NCBI RefSeq assembly: GCF_001015055.1
Contig: NZ_BBWZ01000003.1
Span: forward strand, 116,091-140,090
Direction of reading: 5' to 3'
Source: Aneurinibacillus tyrosinisolvens
GTDB taxonomy: Bacteria > Bacillota > Bacilli > Aneurinibacillales > Aneurinibacillaceae
DNA length: 24,000 bases
Shown here piece after piece: positions 1-8,094 of the stretch (its first letter is position 1; every line of letters starts with the position of its first letter). The notes under the pieces were generated by a model. That model ran no database searches. It was not told the DNA's origin and was given only the letters and a program-made list of their open reading frames with translations. The position numbers and the translations under genes are program-made.

Positions 1-1
1 A

Positions 2-124
2 GTGCTTCTGTTCAATCCGGGTTCGCCCACGGATAAGCGCCGCCAGCCGAAGTTTTCTTACGGGATCATCCAACTGGGTGAAACGGTAAAAGCGAACCAC
101 TTTTTTTATTCGGATAAGAGTTGA
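2..124 (+). CDS. Possible 3' end of an unidentified CDS entering from the left edge
   Basis: Frame 2 is open from the window edge to TGA at 122-124 (...LLFNPGSPTDKRRQPKFSYGIIQLGETVKANHFFYSDKS*), and a terminator hairpin follows about 30 nt downstream. A competing open frame exists on the minus strand (103..1), so the strand is unresolved. Confidence 0.25.
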   Translation: MLLFNPGSPTDKRRQPKFSYGIIQLGETVKANHFFYSDKS

Positions 125-153
125 AGAAAAGGCAAAACGAGCCGCACATTCAG

Positions 154-195
154 AAAAAAAGCTCATCCGCTTTAGACAACGGATGAGCTTTTTTT
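154..195. terminator. Bidirectional Rho-independent terminator
   Basis: Perfect 9-bp stem gctcatccg (161-169) / cggatgagc (180-188), flanked by an A-run (154-160) and a T-run (189-195). It lies between the left-edge ORF and the stop of the minus-strand 209..565 gene. Confidence 0.8.
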
Positions 196-208
196 GGTGA
201 TAGGAGTG

Positions 209-565
209 TCAAACAGCGTTACGAACGATACGGTAACGGGCGCGATCCGTTACAATTTGCACGTCTGCAGCCCCCAGTTCACTTTCATAAATCTCTTCAA
301 TGGGAATCTCATAGCTTTCGTAGGGGAGAGGCGCTGCCACAGCCGTTTCGCTGCGGACGCTTCCATTTCCCTTCAGCAGGAGGGAGCGGGACGGAATGTA
401 GTCATCTACAGTCTCTTCCCGTTCTTTTACAACAACTTCATCCAGCTGCAGGATGGTTGAATCTGTATCCCCATCCTCTTCTTTCGTAATTAGCAGGGTT
501 TGTCCACACCATGCATCCAGCGCGTCTTTTAGTTGAGAAACTTCCTGTTTTCGTTTGTTGTCCAT
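209..565 (-). CDS. Hypothetical acidic protein, 118 aa
   Basis: ORF-track ORF. The RBS gaggtga lies 6 nt upstream of the ATG at 565, and the terminator lies just after the stop. I recognised no motif. Confidence 0.6.
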   Translation of the reverse strand: MDNKRKQEVSQLKDALDAWCGQTLLITKEEDGDTDSTILQLDEVVVKEREETVDDYIPSRSLLLKGNGSVRSETAVAAPLPYESYEIPIEEIYESELGAADVQIVTDRARYRIVRNAV

Positions 566-677
566 ATCGCTTCACCTCGCTCATAGTACCCTTCCCTTAT
601 TGCCTGCTCCCTGAAACATTGGGCTTGTCAAATGCGGAAAAGCTGGGTAAGGAATAGAAGCGGCAGATTCCTGTAAC

Positions 678-707
678 TTGCGTCTTCGGCAGTGTTGTGA
701 TTATACT
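678..707 (+). promoter_or_regulatory. Candidate sigmaA-type promoter for nadE
   Basis: TTGCGT (678-683), 18-nt spacer, TATACT (702-707), about 45 nt upstream of the nadE ATG. Hexamer match only. Confidence 0.35.
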
Positions 708-749
708 GATCACAGCAAGACACATAGAGAAAGGAAGCGATCAATTAGT

Positions 750-1577
750 ATGACTCGTCCATTGCAGCAGCAAATTATTGAACAATTGCATGTCAAACCT
801 GAAATCGCACCCGCGGAAGAGGAACGGCGCAGAATTGACTTTCTCAAACAATACCTTGTTAATTCGGGAATGAATGGCTATGTGCTCGGCATTTCCGGCG
901 GGCAGGACTCCACTCTGTCCGGACGCCTGGCGCAGCGGGCCGTGGAAGAATTAAGAACGGAAACCGGCAAAGAGTATAGGTTCGTTGCCGTACGCCTGCC
1001 GTACGGTGTCCAGGCGGATGAAGCTGACGCACAGCGATCGCTCGATTTCATCCAGGCAGATAAGGCAGTTACCGTGAACATTAAAGGAGCGGTCGATGCT
1101 TCGATACAGGCGTTCCAGGAGGCGATCGGCGAGCCGCTGTCCGACTTTGCCAAAGGGAATACGAAGGCAAGGGAACGAATGAAGGTTCAGTACGACATCG
1201 GGGCGCATTACAACCTGCTCGTGATTGGGACCGACCATGCCGCAGAAGCTATTACCGGCTTTTTTACAAAATACGGGGATGGAGCCTGCGACGTAGCGCC
1301 GCTGGAAGGGCTGAACAAGCGCCAGGGCAGAGCGGTACTCAAGCAGATGGGTGCGGACGAGCGGCTGTATACGAAAGTGCCGACCGCGGATTTGGAGGAC
1401 AATAAGCCGCTGAATCCGGATGAGAACGCTCTTGGCATTACGTACGAGCAAATCGACGATTATCTTGAAGGAAAAGAGATTGACCCCGGAGCCGCGGAAA
1501 AGCTGGAACAGCGTTTCCTGGCTACACGCCACAAGCGCAACTTCGCAGTGACCCCGTATGACAACTGGTGGCAGTAA
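750..1577 (+). CDS. nadE: NH3-dependent NAD+ synthetase
   Basis: SGGQDS PP-loop ([10 protein letters not shown]), GTDHAAE and FTKYGDG motifs, and a C-terminal ...HKR...WW end typical of NadE/OutB. I place the start at ATG 750 (MTRPLQQQ...), preceded by agagaaaggaag, rather than at the ORF-track TTG at 678. Confidence 0.95.
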   Translation: MTRPLQQQIIEQLHVKPEIAPAEEERRRIDFLKQYLVNSGMNGYVLGISGGQDSTLSGRLAQRAVEELRTETGKEYRFVAVRLPYGVQADEADAQRSLDFIQADKAVTVNIKGAVDASIQAFQEAIGEPLSDFAKGNTKARERMKVQYDIGAHYNLLVIGTDHAAEAITGFFTKYGDGACDVAPLEGLNKRQGRAVLKQMGADERLYTKVPTADLEDNKPLNPDENALGITYEQIDDYLEGKEIDPGAAEKLEQRFLATRHKRNFAVTPYDNWWQ

Positions 1578-1657
1578 AGTTTTGTCGTTAATTCGTCAAA
1601 AATTGTCGAAGGAAATACAAACTCCCTGTCGAAAAAGTAAGCAGGGAGGCGATACCG

Positions 1658-1852
1658 TTGAACTATAAAGCAGAAATTATTACCGGCCGCGATGTTCAGG
1701 TAATAAAGGAGCAAGTCAAAGAGTTCCTGCAAAGGATAGCTGATAAGCCGATTGTTGAGTACTGTGAGAAATTAGGCACGAATGATAAAACAGTCCAATT
1801 AAGCAGCACAGTGGAAAATAAGTATTCTGTCCTCATTGTGTATGAGGCATAA
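1658..1852 (+). CDS. Small hypothetical protein, 64 aa (faintly reminiscent of the Cse60/YteV small sporulation protein family)
   Basis: TTG start with RBS gggagg 8 nt upstream and a strong terminator immediately after the stop. The family suggestion rests only on size and the C-terminal ...YSVLIVYEA pattern, so it is tentative. Confidence 0.6.
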   Translation: MNYKAEIITGRDVQVIKEQVKEFLQRIADKPIVEYCEKLGTNDKTVQLSSTVENKYSVLIVYEA

Positions 1853-1888
1853 AAACCAGGCATGCAAAAATGCCTGGTTTTTTATTTT
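1851..1888 (+). terminator. Rho-independent terminator
   Basis: Stem aaaaaccaggca (1851-1862) / tgcctggttttt (1871-1882), followed by a T-rich tract. Confidence 0.85.
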
Positions 1889-2050
1889 ATGCGAGGGAAA
1901 AGCTTAATTATTAGGCAAAATGGAGATATAGTTCTGCATTACCAATAACTCCTTTTGTAATCGCAGGGTTCGCCGTTCGACCCGTTTTGCGTGATGGTGT
2001 GGGATTATTTAATGAAAATAACTTAAGCGGAATTTGGAGGACCATCAAGA

Positions 2051-2245
2051 ATGTCGAAGATGTTTTTCTTTAGTATTCTAGTGCCATTATCCATCATTTT
2101 AGTAGTATCCTCATTTTATTTGGAACGAAAAGGATATAAAGAAAAAATGATATATAAAGTTGTGAATATAGGGACATCATTTATGGGTGCGTTTACTGGT
2201 GTTATGATTGGAGAAGTATTTGGTTTATCTCGGATACAGAAATGA
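2051..2245 (+). CDS. Small two-TM membrane protein, 64 aa
   Basis: ggagg lies 10 nt upstream of the ATG, and there are two hydrophobic segments. The ORF sits in a very AT-rich patch (14 G+C in the 60-nt line starting at 2101). No terminator was seen. Confidence 0.4.
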   Translation: MSKMFFFSILVPLSIILVVSSFYLERKGYKEKMIYKVVNIGTSFMGAFTGVMIGEVFGLSRIQK

Positions 2246-2368
2246 TTCAGCCGGTCTAACAATATGAGTAAGCATACCGATCTCCTTGCCTGCATGATAA
2301 AATTCATATAGTCAAGCATTTGGAGATCCTTAACAAAGGGTATCAGAATTTTTGGGGGAGGGAAGTAT

Positions 2369-3277
2369 GTGAGAATTGCGATTGCAGGAGGCACGGGCTT
2401 TATCGGTACATACCTCATACGGGATTGGATGGAAAAAAAACGTGAAGTGATTGTCATCACCCGCAAATGTGACGGACGGGTACAGGGGAAATTTCCCGGC
2501 GTCCGCTGCTTTAGCTGGGATGACCTTAAACGGAACCCATCTCCCTTAGAACATCTGGATGCGCTCGTAAATATGGCGGGAGAATCAATCAACAGCGGCA
2601 AATGGACAAATGAGCAGAAGGAAAGAATCCTTCTGTCAAGAATCGAATCTACCCGCAGCATCGCCCAGATGGTGGGAAAGCTCACATCCGGGCCGCGGGT
2701 TATCCTAAACGGTTCGGCTATCGGCATTTACGGGCACTCCACGGTGCAGAAATTCGACGAGAGCAGCCGAGCGTATGGCAGTGATTTCCTCGCCCAGGTT
2801 ACGAAGAAGTGGGAGGAGGAAGCAGACCATATTCCGGCTCCCCGCATCGTAAAAATCCGTACCGGTGTTGTCCTCGGAAAGGATGGAGGAGCCTTTCCTA
2901 AAATGGCCTTTCCCTACCGGCTGTTTGCCGGAGGGAAAATCGGAAGCGGGAGCCAGTGGTTGTCATGGATACATATTGCGGACTATGTTCGCCTGCTTAA
3001 CTTTTGTATTGAGAGGGAGAGCATAGCAGGGCCCATTAATGCAACCGCTCCCCACCCGGTGACAAACGATGATTTTGGAAGGGTGCTTGCCCGGGCGGCG
3101 CACCGCCCCCACTGGCTTCCTGTCCCGGAATTCGCCATGAAACTGCTCCTTGGAGAAATGGCCGACCTGGTGCTCAAAGGGCAGCACGTAGAACCGCGAA
3201 AATTGATGGAGGCGGGTTTTCGCTTCGAATATGATACGGTTGAGAAAGCACTGGCCGAGCTTATGGCGACGGAATAA
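2369..3277 (+). CDS. yfhF: SDR-family epimerase, YfhF/TIGR01777-like (NAD-binding Rossmann domain plus DUF1731-type C-terminus)
   Basis: N-terminal IAIAGGTGFIG dinucleotide-binding motif. Length and C-terminal pattern (GxQWxSWIHxxD) match the YfhF-type family. GTG start with ggagg 7 nt upstream. Confidence 0.85.
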   Translation: MRIAIAGGTGFIGTYLIRDWMEKKREVIVITRKCDGRVQGKFPGVRCFSWDDLKRNPSPLEHLDALVNMAGESINSGKWTNEQKERILLSRIESTRSIAQMVGKLTSGPRVILNGSAIGIYGHSTVQKFDESSRAYGSDFLAQVTKKWEEEADHIPAPRIVKIRTGVVLGKDGGAFPKMAFPYRLFAGGKIGSGSQWLSWIHIADYVRLLNFCIERESIAGPINATAPHPVTNDDFGRVLARAAHRPHWLPVPEFAMKLLLGEMADLVLKGQHVEPRKLMEAGFRFEYDTVEKALAELMATE

Positions 3278-3374
3278 AACACATTTATTGCTCGCACTCG
3301 GCAGGATTTTCTCCTTGCCATCTTTAACTTAATTAGGAGAGTGACCATTCATAACAGCAAAGGAGGCTTTTTTA

Positions 3375-4322
3375 ATGAAATATAGACGGCTTGGCAAATC
3401 GGGTTTGAAAATTAGTGAAATCGGCCTGGGCAGCTGGTTAACGTACGGTGGAACCGTAGCTGACGAGACAGCAACGACATGCATCGATAAGGCATATGAG
3501 CTGGGTATTAACTTCTTTGATACGGCCAACATTTACCGGAAGGGCGAGGCGGAAGTTGTAGTCGGCCGGGCGCTGCAAAAATACCCGCGTGAATCGTTTG
3601 TCCTTGCGACGAAAGGGTTCTGGCCGATGGGGGAAGGGCCGAACGACCGAGGTCTGTCCCGCAAGCATATTTTCGAGCAGGTCCACGCTTCGTTAAAGCG
3701 TTTGAATGTCGAGTATGTCGATTTGTGGCAGTGCCACCGCTTTGACGAAACGACACCGCTCGAGGAGACGCTCCGTGCCATTGATGATTTGATTACCCAG
3801 GGCAAAATCCTGTATGCAGGCGTTTCCGAATGGACAGCCGTCCAAATTAACGATGCCCTTCACATTGCAGATGTAAAAAACCTGGACCGCATTATCTCCA
3901 ATCAGCCGCAGTACAGCATGCTGGAGAGGTATATTGAAAAGGATGTCCTTCCGCTCTGTGAAAGAGAAGGGGTCGGACAGGTTGTATGGTCGCCGCTGGC
4001 GCAGGGCGTGCTTACAGGCAAGTACAAGAAGGGTGAAAAGTATCCGGAAGGCAGCCGCGCTACGGTTGACGATACAAGCAAAATCATCCAGCGTTTGTTA
4101 ACCGATGAAAATCTTGATAAAGTAGAGAAGCTGAAAGAAGTGGCTGAGCGCAAAGAGTGCACGCTGGCTGCCCTGGCCCTGGCCTGGGTTCTCCGCCAGC
4201 CGAACGTATCCAGCGCCATTATTGGGGCGAGCCGCCCGGAACAGGTGGAAGAAAACGTAAAGGCTGTGGATATTGAATTAACGGCGGAAGATGTACAGCA
4301 AATTGAAGAAATTCTGGCATAA
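3375..4322 (+). CDS. Aldo/keto reductase (Kv-beta/YhdN-like)
   Basis: MKYRRLGKSGLKISEIGLGSW, FFDTANIY, LATKG, DLWQCHRFD and IIGASRPEQVEEN are classic AKR motifs. RBS aggagg lies 8 nt upstream. Confidence 0.92.
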   Translation: MKYRRLGKSGLKISEIGLGSWLTYGGTVADETATTCIDKAYELGINFFDTANIYRKGEAEVVVGRALQKYPRESFVLATKGFWPMGEGPNDRGLSRKHIFEQVHASLKRLNVEYVDLWQCHRFDETTPLEETLRAIDDLITQGKILYAGVSEWTAVQINDALHIADVKNLDRIISNQPQYSMLERYIEKDVLPLCEREGVGQVVWSPLAQGVLTGKYKKGEKYPEGSRATVDDTSKIIQRLLTDENLDKVEKLKEVAERKECTLAALALAWVLRQPNVSSAIIGASRPEQVEENVKAVDIELTAEDVQQIEEILA

Positions 4323-4355
4323 TCGATCTGCCTGAAGCAAGAAAGGAGAATTTGT

Positions 4356-4799
4356 TTGTCTAATCCTCAGGATAAAGTAGGCTATACATTTACGCCGCAC
4401 AGCGGCACAATTGAGCGGGGGAAAATCCGCGAGCTTGTCCTTGCCATCGGGGATGAAAACCCGATCTACACGGATGAAGCGGCGGCGAAAGCGGAAGGCT
4501 TCACAGGCATTCCTGTCCCGCCGACCTTTATTGAGGTGCTGGATATGTGGGCCGGCCCCAGCTTTGAAGACTTAATGGAACAGCTCGGCATCGACGGAAA
4601 AAAGCTGCTGCACGGGGAACAAAGCTACGAGTATTTCGCGCCGATTCTGGCAGGGGACACGGTCCGGGCGGAAACCGCGGTAACAGACGTAAAAACCAAG
4701 CGGAACGGCATGGCATTTTACACGCTTGAAACGACATATCATAACCAGAATGACGAGAAGGTCATGACGGCCCGGATGATGCTCATTCGGATGCCGTAA
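4356..4799 (+). CDS. Hotdog-fold protein, 'N-terminal half of MaoC dehydratase' type
   Basis: TTG start with aaaggag 7 nt upstream. The ...NPIYTDEAAAKAEGF... pattern and about 147-aa size fit the hotdog fold. The stop overlaps the RBS of the next gene. Confidence 0.8.
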   Translation: MSNPQDKVGYTFTPHSGTIERGKIRELVLAIGDENPIYTDEAAAKAEGFTGIPVPPTFIEVLDMWAGPSFEDLMEQLGIDGKKLLHGEQSYEYFAPILAGDTVRAETAVTDVKTKRNGMAFYTLETTYHNQNDEKVMTARMMLIRMP

Positions 4800-4810
4800 G
4801 GAGGAATACA

Positions 4811-5242
4811 ATGGAAGCTTATTTGATACAAAATCCTGCCGTACAGGCAGGAGAGGAGCTGCCTCCGCTTACTAAACCGGCTGTCACAAAAACACAGCTT
4901 GTCAAATTTGCCGGCGCCTCGGGAGATTTTAATCCGATACATACAGTGGAAGAGGCCGGACAGGAAGCGGGCCTGGGCGGAGTCATTGCCCACGGCATGC
5001 TCATTATGGGATTTGCCGGAGAAGCCTTGACTACATGGGTGCCCCGGTCTGCCATTCGCAAGTTTTCGGTGCGTTTCTCAGCGATTACCCGGCCCGGAGA
5101 CGAAATCCAGGTGCGTGGCGAGCTGGCCGGCAGGGAAGAAACGGAAGAAGGGACACTAGTTACGATTAAGGTGCAGGCGGTTGACCAGAAGGGCGAAATA
5201 AAAGTAAAAGGGACATGTGAAGCGCTGCTGCCGCTTAAATAG
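4811..5242 (+). CDS. MaoC-like (R)-specific enoyl-CoA hydratase/dehydratase subunit
   Basis: FAGASGDFNPIHT...IAHGM hydratase-2 motif. RBS aaggagg overlaps the upstream stop (translational coupling), suggesting a two-subunit hotdog dehydratase. Confidence 0.88.
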   Translation: MEAYLIQNPAVQAGEELPPLTKPAVTKTQLVKFAGASGDFNPIHTVEEAGQEAGLGGVIAHGMLIMGFAGEALTTWVPRSAIRKFSVRFSAITRPGDEIQVRGELAGREETEEGTLVTIKVQAVDQKGEIKVKGTCEALLPLK

Positions 5243-5245
5243 AAG

Positions 5246-5280
5246 AAAAGCCTGAGACGAACAAGGGTCTCAGGCTTTTC
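5246..5280 (+). terminator. Rho-independent terminator
   Basis: 13-bp stem aaaagcctgagac (5246-5258) / gtctcaggctttt (5267-5279). Confidence 0.85.
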
Positions 5281-5339
5281 AGATTGTCGAGAAAGTAATT
5301 TAATACCATAGTTTTGCTAAAAAGCGAATTAATATTTCA

Positions 5340-5368
5340 TGCACTTTACAAATATCAAGATATATAAT
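5340..5368 (+). promoter_or_regulatory. Candidate promoter of the Ni/Co transporter gene
   Basis: Perfect TATAAT at 5363-5368, 17-nt spacer, weak -35 TGCACT (5340-5345). Confidence 0.3.
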
Positions 5369-5400
5369 CAATATAGTTGTTTGAAAATGGGGGGTATAGT

Positions 5401-6075
5401 ATGGAGGGAAGTTTGTTATCTATTCTGGGCTTGGGGTTTGTTCTTGGAATTAAACATGCAATTGAGCCAGACCATGTAATCGCTGTATCTACGATTGCTA
5501 GTCAAAGCAAGAAGTTGTCACGTTCCTCTCTTGCTGGAGTGTTTTGGGGAATCGGTCATACTGCAACATTGTTTATTATTGGAATCATGCTTATTCTTAT
5601 GAAAGGTAAAATACAAGAGAAATGGGCGATGACCTTAGAATTTTCAGTTGGAGTTATGCTTGTTTATCTCGGCACTACCAGCATCCTTTCTTTTAAAAAT
5701 GCTCATGTGCATAAACATGAACATAATGGAGAAGTACATAAACACCAACATAAAGATATCGATTATATAAAACCATTGATAGTTGGCCTGGTACATGGGT
5801 TAGCAGGAAGCGCTGCGATGGTTTTATTAACAATGAGTACAGTAAAAAGTGTGTGGGAAGGTGCAGCTTACATCCTTGTATTTGGTGTAGGAACTATAAT
5901 TGGTATGCTTTTCTTTACTACAATCATTGGGGTTCCATTTGTTCTTAGTGCTAAAAAGGTAAGTATCAATAAAACCTTAACTCAGATTACGGGTGTAATT
6001 AGCACGGTATTTGGTATCTATTACATGTACAATTTAGGAGTAACAGAAGGATTGTTCAAACTATGGATGCAGTAA
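5401..6075 (+). CDS. Nickel/cobalt transporter-like membrane protein (NiCoT/NicO/RcnA-like) with a His-rich loop
   Basis: H-x4-D-H signature (KHAIEPDHV) in the first TM segment, multiple TM segments, and a central His-rich loop HVHKHEHNGEVHKHQHKD. I place the start at ATG 5401, after a G-rich RBS, rather than at TTG 5377. Confidence 0.8.
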   Translation: MEGSLLSILGLGFVLGIKHAIEPDHVIAVSTIASQSKKLSRSSLAGVFWGIGHTATLFIIGIMLILMKGKIQEKWAMTLEFSVGVMLVYLGTTSILSFKNAHVHKHEHNGEVHKHQHKDIDYIKPLIVGLVHGLAGSAAMVLLTMSTVKSVWEGAAYILVFGVGTIIGMLFFTTIIGVPFVLSAKKVSINKTLTQITGVISTVFGIYYMYNLGVTEGLFKLWMQ

Positions 6076-6085
6076 TTGAATAAGT

Positions 6086-6330
6086 GAACTACTCGGCACT
6101 GAAGTGCCGAGCTTCTTGTGGGCAGACCTTTCGGTCTGAATTACGTGTAACCACTTGAACTTTTCATGTTTCATCGGCGTCTGCCCAACCCCAAAAAGAG
6201 GTGTGGTACAAGCATTCCTTTCGAAATTCCCATCTTGCCGTGGCTTCAGGGGCTTACAACATCTCCACATGCACACTCCGTCGTTCCAACGGTGGAAGAA
6301 AATAAAATGTATCCATTAGGCTCCGAGAAT
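6086..6330 (-). ncRNA. Probable TnpB omega-RNA (reRNA) scaffold derived from the tnpB 3' end and the right end of the IS
   Basis: By analogy to characterised TnpB systems, the guide-RNA scaffold spans the 3' end of tnpB and the right-end (RE) region. This roughly 230-nt non-coding stretch downstream of the tnpB stop contains stable hairpins (ctcggcac/gtgccgag and cagacc/ggtctg). Boundaries are not determined. Confidence 0.4.
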
Positions 6331-7482
6331 GCGGAGTCCTTCTTTTTCAAGGTTAAGGGCTGCGTTTTCATCGCGACCGTGCTTTTTGCCGCAAGAAAGG
6401 CAAACCCAGGTCCGTTCATCCAGGGTAAGCCCCTCTTTTTTCTTGTCGCAGTGCGAACAGATTTTACTGGACGCATAGAACCGATCAACGATCACAAGGG
6501 TTCTGCCTTTTCTTTCTGCTTTGTACGTTAAAAAGTTACGGAATTGATACCATGCAGCATCGGCGATATGTTTGGCTAGTTTCCGGTTCTTTACCATCCC
6601 GCGCACATTCAGATCTTCGATACAGAGGATTTGGTTTTCATCCGTCAGTTTTTTTGACTTTTTATGCTGAAAATCTTTGCGCTGATTGGCAATCTTGGCA
6701 TGAATCTTTGCCACTTTCTTTTTTTGCTTGATGTAGTTGTTCGACCCCTTTATCATACGGGAAAGGCGCTTCTGCTGCTTTCGAAGCTGCTGCTGTGCTT
6801 CACTAAAATAGTGAGGGTTAGGCACAGGGTTGCCGTCCGATAAAACCGCAAAGGTTTTGATTCCAACGTCGATTCCGATGGCCCTTCTTTTCGCTACCGG
6901 CACTTTTGCTGGTTTTGCTTCTTTTTGAACGCGAAGGGAAACAAAATACTTTCCACCCTTTCTTCGAATCGTGGCGGCTTTAATGACGGCTCCCTTATTT
7001 TTTAACAGGCGTCTGAGCCTCACAAAGGAACCTTCGCATTTCACTTCACCGAGCTTTGGAAGTTGAATCAACGTAAAGCGGTCATTGGTAAAACGAATGT
7101 TGTTGTTGGTTTGATTGGTGGTATAGCTTTGTTCGTCCCGTTTCCTTTTGAAACGGGGGTACTTGGCTTTTCCTTCAAAAAAGTTCTGATACGCATCATC
7201 CAAATCTTTGACCGTTTCCTGGAGCCCCATGGCATCGACTTCCGCAAGAAAAGGGATCCGCTTTTTGAGTTCGGGAAGCATGTCTTTTTGTTGTTTAAAA
7301 GAGATGCTTTCTTTTCTCCGTTTCCATCCTTTGGACCGTTGGTCCAGGAAAAGATTATAAATAAAGCGTCGACAACCAAAGGTTTTCATCATTTTTGTCT
7401 CTTGTTCCGCATTGGGATATAGCTGAAGAAGCATGCCAAAGGTTTGTTTATTTTCCTGCTTAGACCGTTTCTTTCGAGCCAT
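6316..7482 (-). CDS. tnpB: IS200/IS605-family RNA-guided endonuclease TnpB
   Basis: RuvC-I IGIDVGIK, RuvC-II LCIEDLNV, zinc ribbon CSHC...CLSCG, and RuvC-III RDENAALNL are all intact. The RBS ggagag lies within the tnpA 3' end. Confidence 0.93.
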   Translation of the reverse strand: MARKKRSKQENKQTFGMLLQLYPNAEQETKMMKTFGCRRFIYNLFLDQRSKGWKRRKESISFKQQKDMLPELKKRIPFLAEVDAMGLQETVKDLDDAYQNFFEGKAKYPRFKRKRDEQSYTTNQTNNNIRFTNDRFTLIQLPKLGEVKCEGSFVRLRRLLKNKGAVIKAATIRRKGGKYFVSLRVQKEAKPAKVPVAKRRAIGIDVGIKTFAVLSDGNPVPNPHYFSEAQQQLRKQQKRLSRMIKGSNNYIKQKKKVAKIHAKIANQRKDFQHKKSKKLTDENQILCIEDLNVRGMVKNRKLAKHIADAAWYQFRNFLTYKAERKGRTLVIVDRFYASSKICSHCDKKKEGLTLDERTWVCLSCGKKHGRDENAALNLEKEGLRILGA

Positions 7483-7488
7483 AGAGGG

Positions 7489-7905
7489 TTACTCTCCTTT
7501 CTTTTGATTTTCAATATACTGACGAATGGCATCTTCCGATACCGAACCCACGGTTTCCAAATAAAAACTCCGGTTCCACAACGGTCCATTCCCCAATTTT
7601 TTCTTCAGATCAGGATATTCCATAAATAGTTTTCGTGCGGATATTCCTTTCATCATTTTCACTATGTACGAGGGTGCGATTTTAGGATGAGCAGAAACAA
7701 AAACATGAAGATGGTCCTGTTCACCTACTTGGGCTTGATGGACGATAAACTCTTTTTCAGAAGCTGTCTGTTGTAAAATTTCAATCAATCGTTGTTCTAT
7801 TTCTGATGTTAAAACTTTGTTACGATATTTAACAGACCATACCATATGGTAGTTCACATTATATACACAGGTTCTTGCTTTTACTATGTTATTATTCATA
7901 CACAT
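7489..7905 (-). CDS. tnpA: IS200/IS605-family Y1 (HUH) transposase TnpA
   Basis: YHMVWSVKYR, HUH motif HLHVFV, and the catalytic-Tyr helix ...AIRQYIENQ. About 138 aa, typical of TnpA. Confidence 0.93.
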   Translation of the reverse strand: MCMNNNIVKARTCVYNVNYHMVWSVKYRNKVLTSEIEQRLIEILQQTASEKEFIVHQAQVGEQDHLHVFVSAHPKIAPSYIVKMMKGISARKLFMEYPDLKKKLGNGPLWNRSFYLETVGSVSEDAIRQYIENQKKGE

Positions 7906-8041
7906 AGTATATTTAATTGGTGTATTTTTAACAACCTTATAATCAAAAAAAGTCGGTCAAATTGAACTACCTAAAGGCAGTCCTTGACCGAAGCGCTCTC
8001 ATCTCCCCATTGAAATAGGGACGGTTCCCACGCTAATTCCT

Positions 8042-8080
8042 AAAAGCCGATATTTCTTTACTTTAGAGATACCGGCTTTT
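8042..8080 (-). terminator. Terminator hairpin downstream of the diguanylate cyclase gene
   Basis: aaaagccg (8042-8049) / cggctttt (8073-8080) with extended imperfect pairing, 15 nt after the stop at 8095. Confidence 0.65.
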
Positions 8081-8094
8081 GGTTTGAAATGGTC

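Larger units (their letters stand above)
6086..8040 (-). mobile_element. Complete IS200/IS605-family insertion sequence (tnpA-tnpB, minus orientation); end coordinates approximate
   Basis: Y1 HUH transposase plus TnpB in tandem. Subterminal hairpins lie at both ends: 6092-6111 and 6123-6138 on the tnpB-distal side, and tcggtcaa/ttgaccga at 7953-7991 on the tnpA-proximal side. The element sits between the transporter stop (6075) and the diguanylate cyclase terminator (8042-8080). Confidence 0.8.

Noticed and set aside
624-650. SigmaB-type promoter (GGGTAA at 645-650) upstream of nadE
   Set aside because: The -35 region matches GTTTAA at only 3-4 of 6 positions at any allowed spacing. That is too weak to call without data.
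951-1532. 193-aa minus-strand ORF, plus the 91-aa and 76-aa ORFs, inside nadE
   Set aside because: They are antisense shadows of a confidently identified gene, and their translations have no motifs.
1960-1995. tRNA T-arm-like fragment (gggttcgccgttcgaccc) as a possible integration-site remnant beside the AT-rich patch at 1890-2260
   Set aside because: It does not fold into a T-arm or acceptor structure, there is no matching direct repeat elsewhere in the window, and no integrase is present.
2116-2727. 203-aa minus-strand ORF
   Set aside because: It overlaps the yfhF-like gene and the small membrane ORF in antisense, and its translation is Arg/Ser/Pro-rich.
5283-5400. Possible NiCo (czcD-type) riboswitch upstream of the transporter
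   Set aside because: The leader is short, very AT-rich and shows no GC-rich paired elements. I could not find anything resembling a structured aptamer.
6092-6111. Hairpin ctcggcac-tgaa-gtgccgag considered as the terminator of the Ni/Co transporter gene
   Set aside because: It has no T-run on either side. It sits where the IS200/IS605 right-end or omega-RNA 3' stem-loop is expected. I cannot exclude a dual role.
6166-6531. 121-aa plus-strand ORF, together with 6061..6276 (-) and 6246..6488 (-)
   Set aside because: They lie in the IS right end and the tnpB 3' region. That stretch is better explained as omega-RNA/IS-end sequence and the tnpB coding strand.
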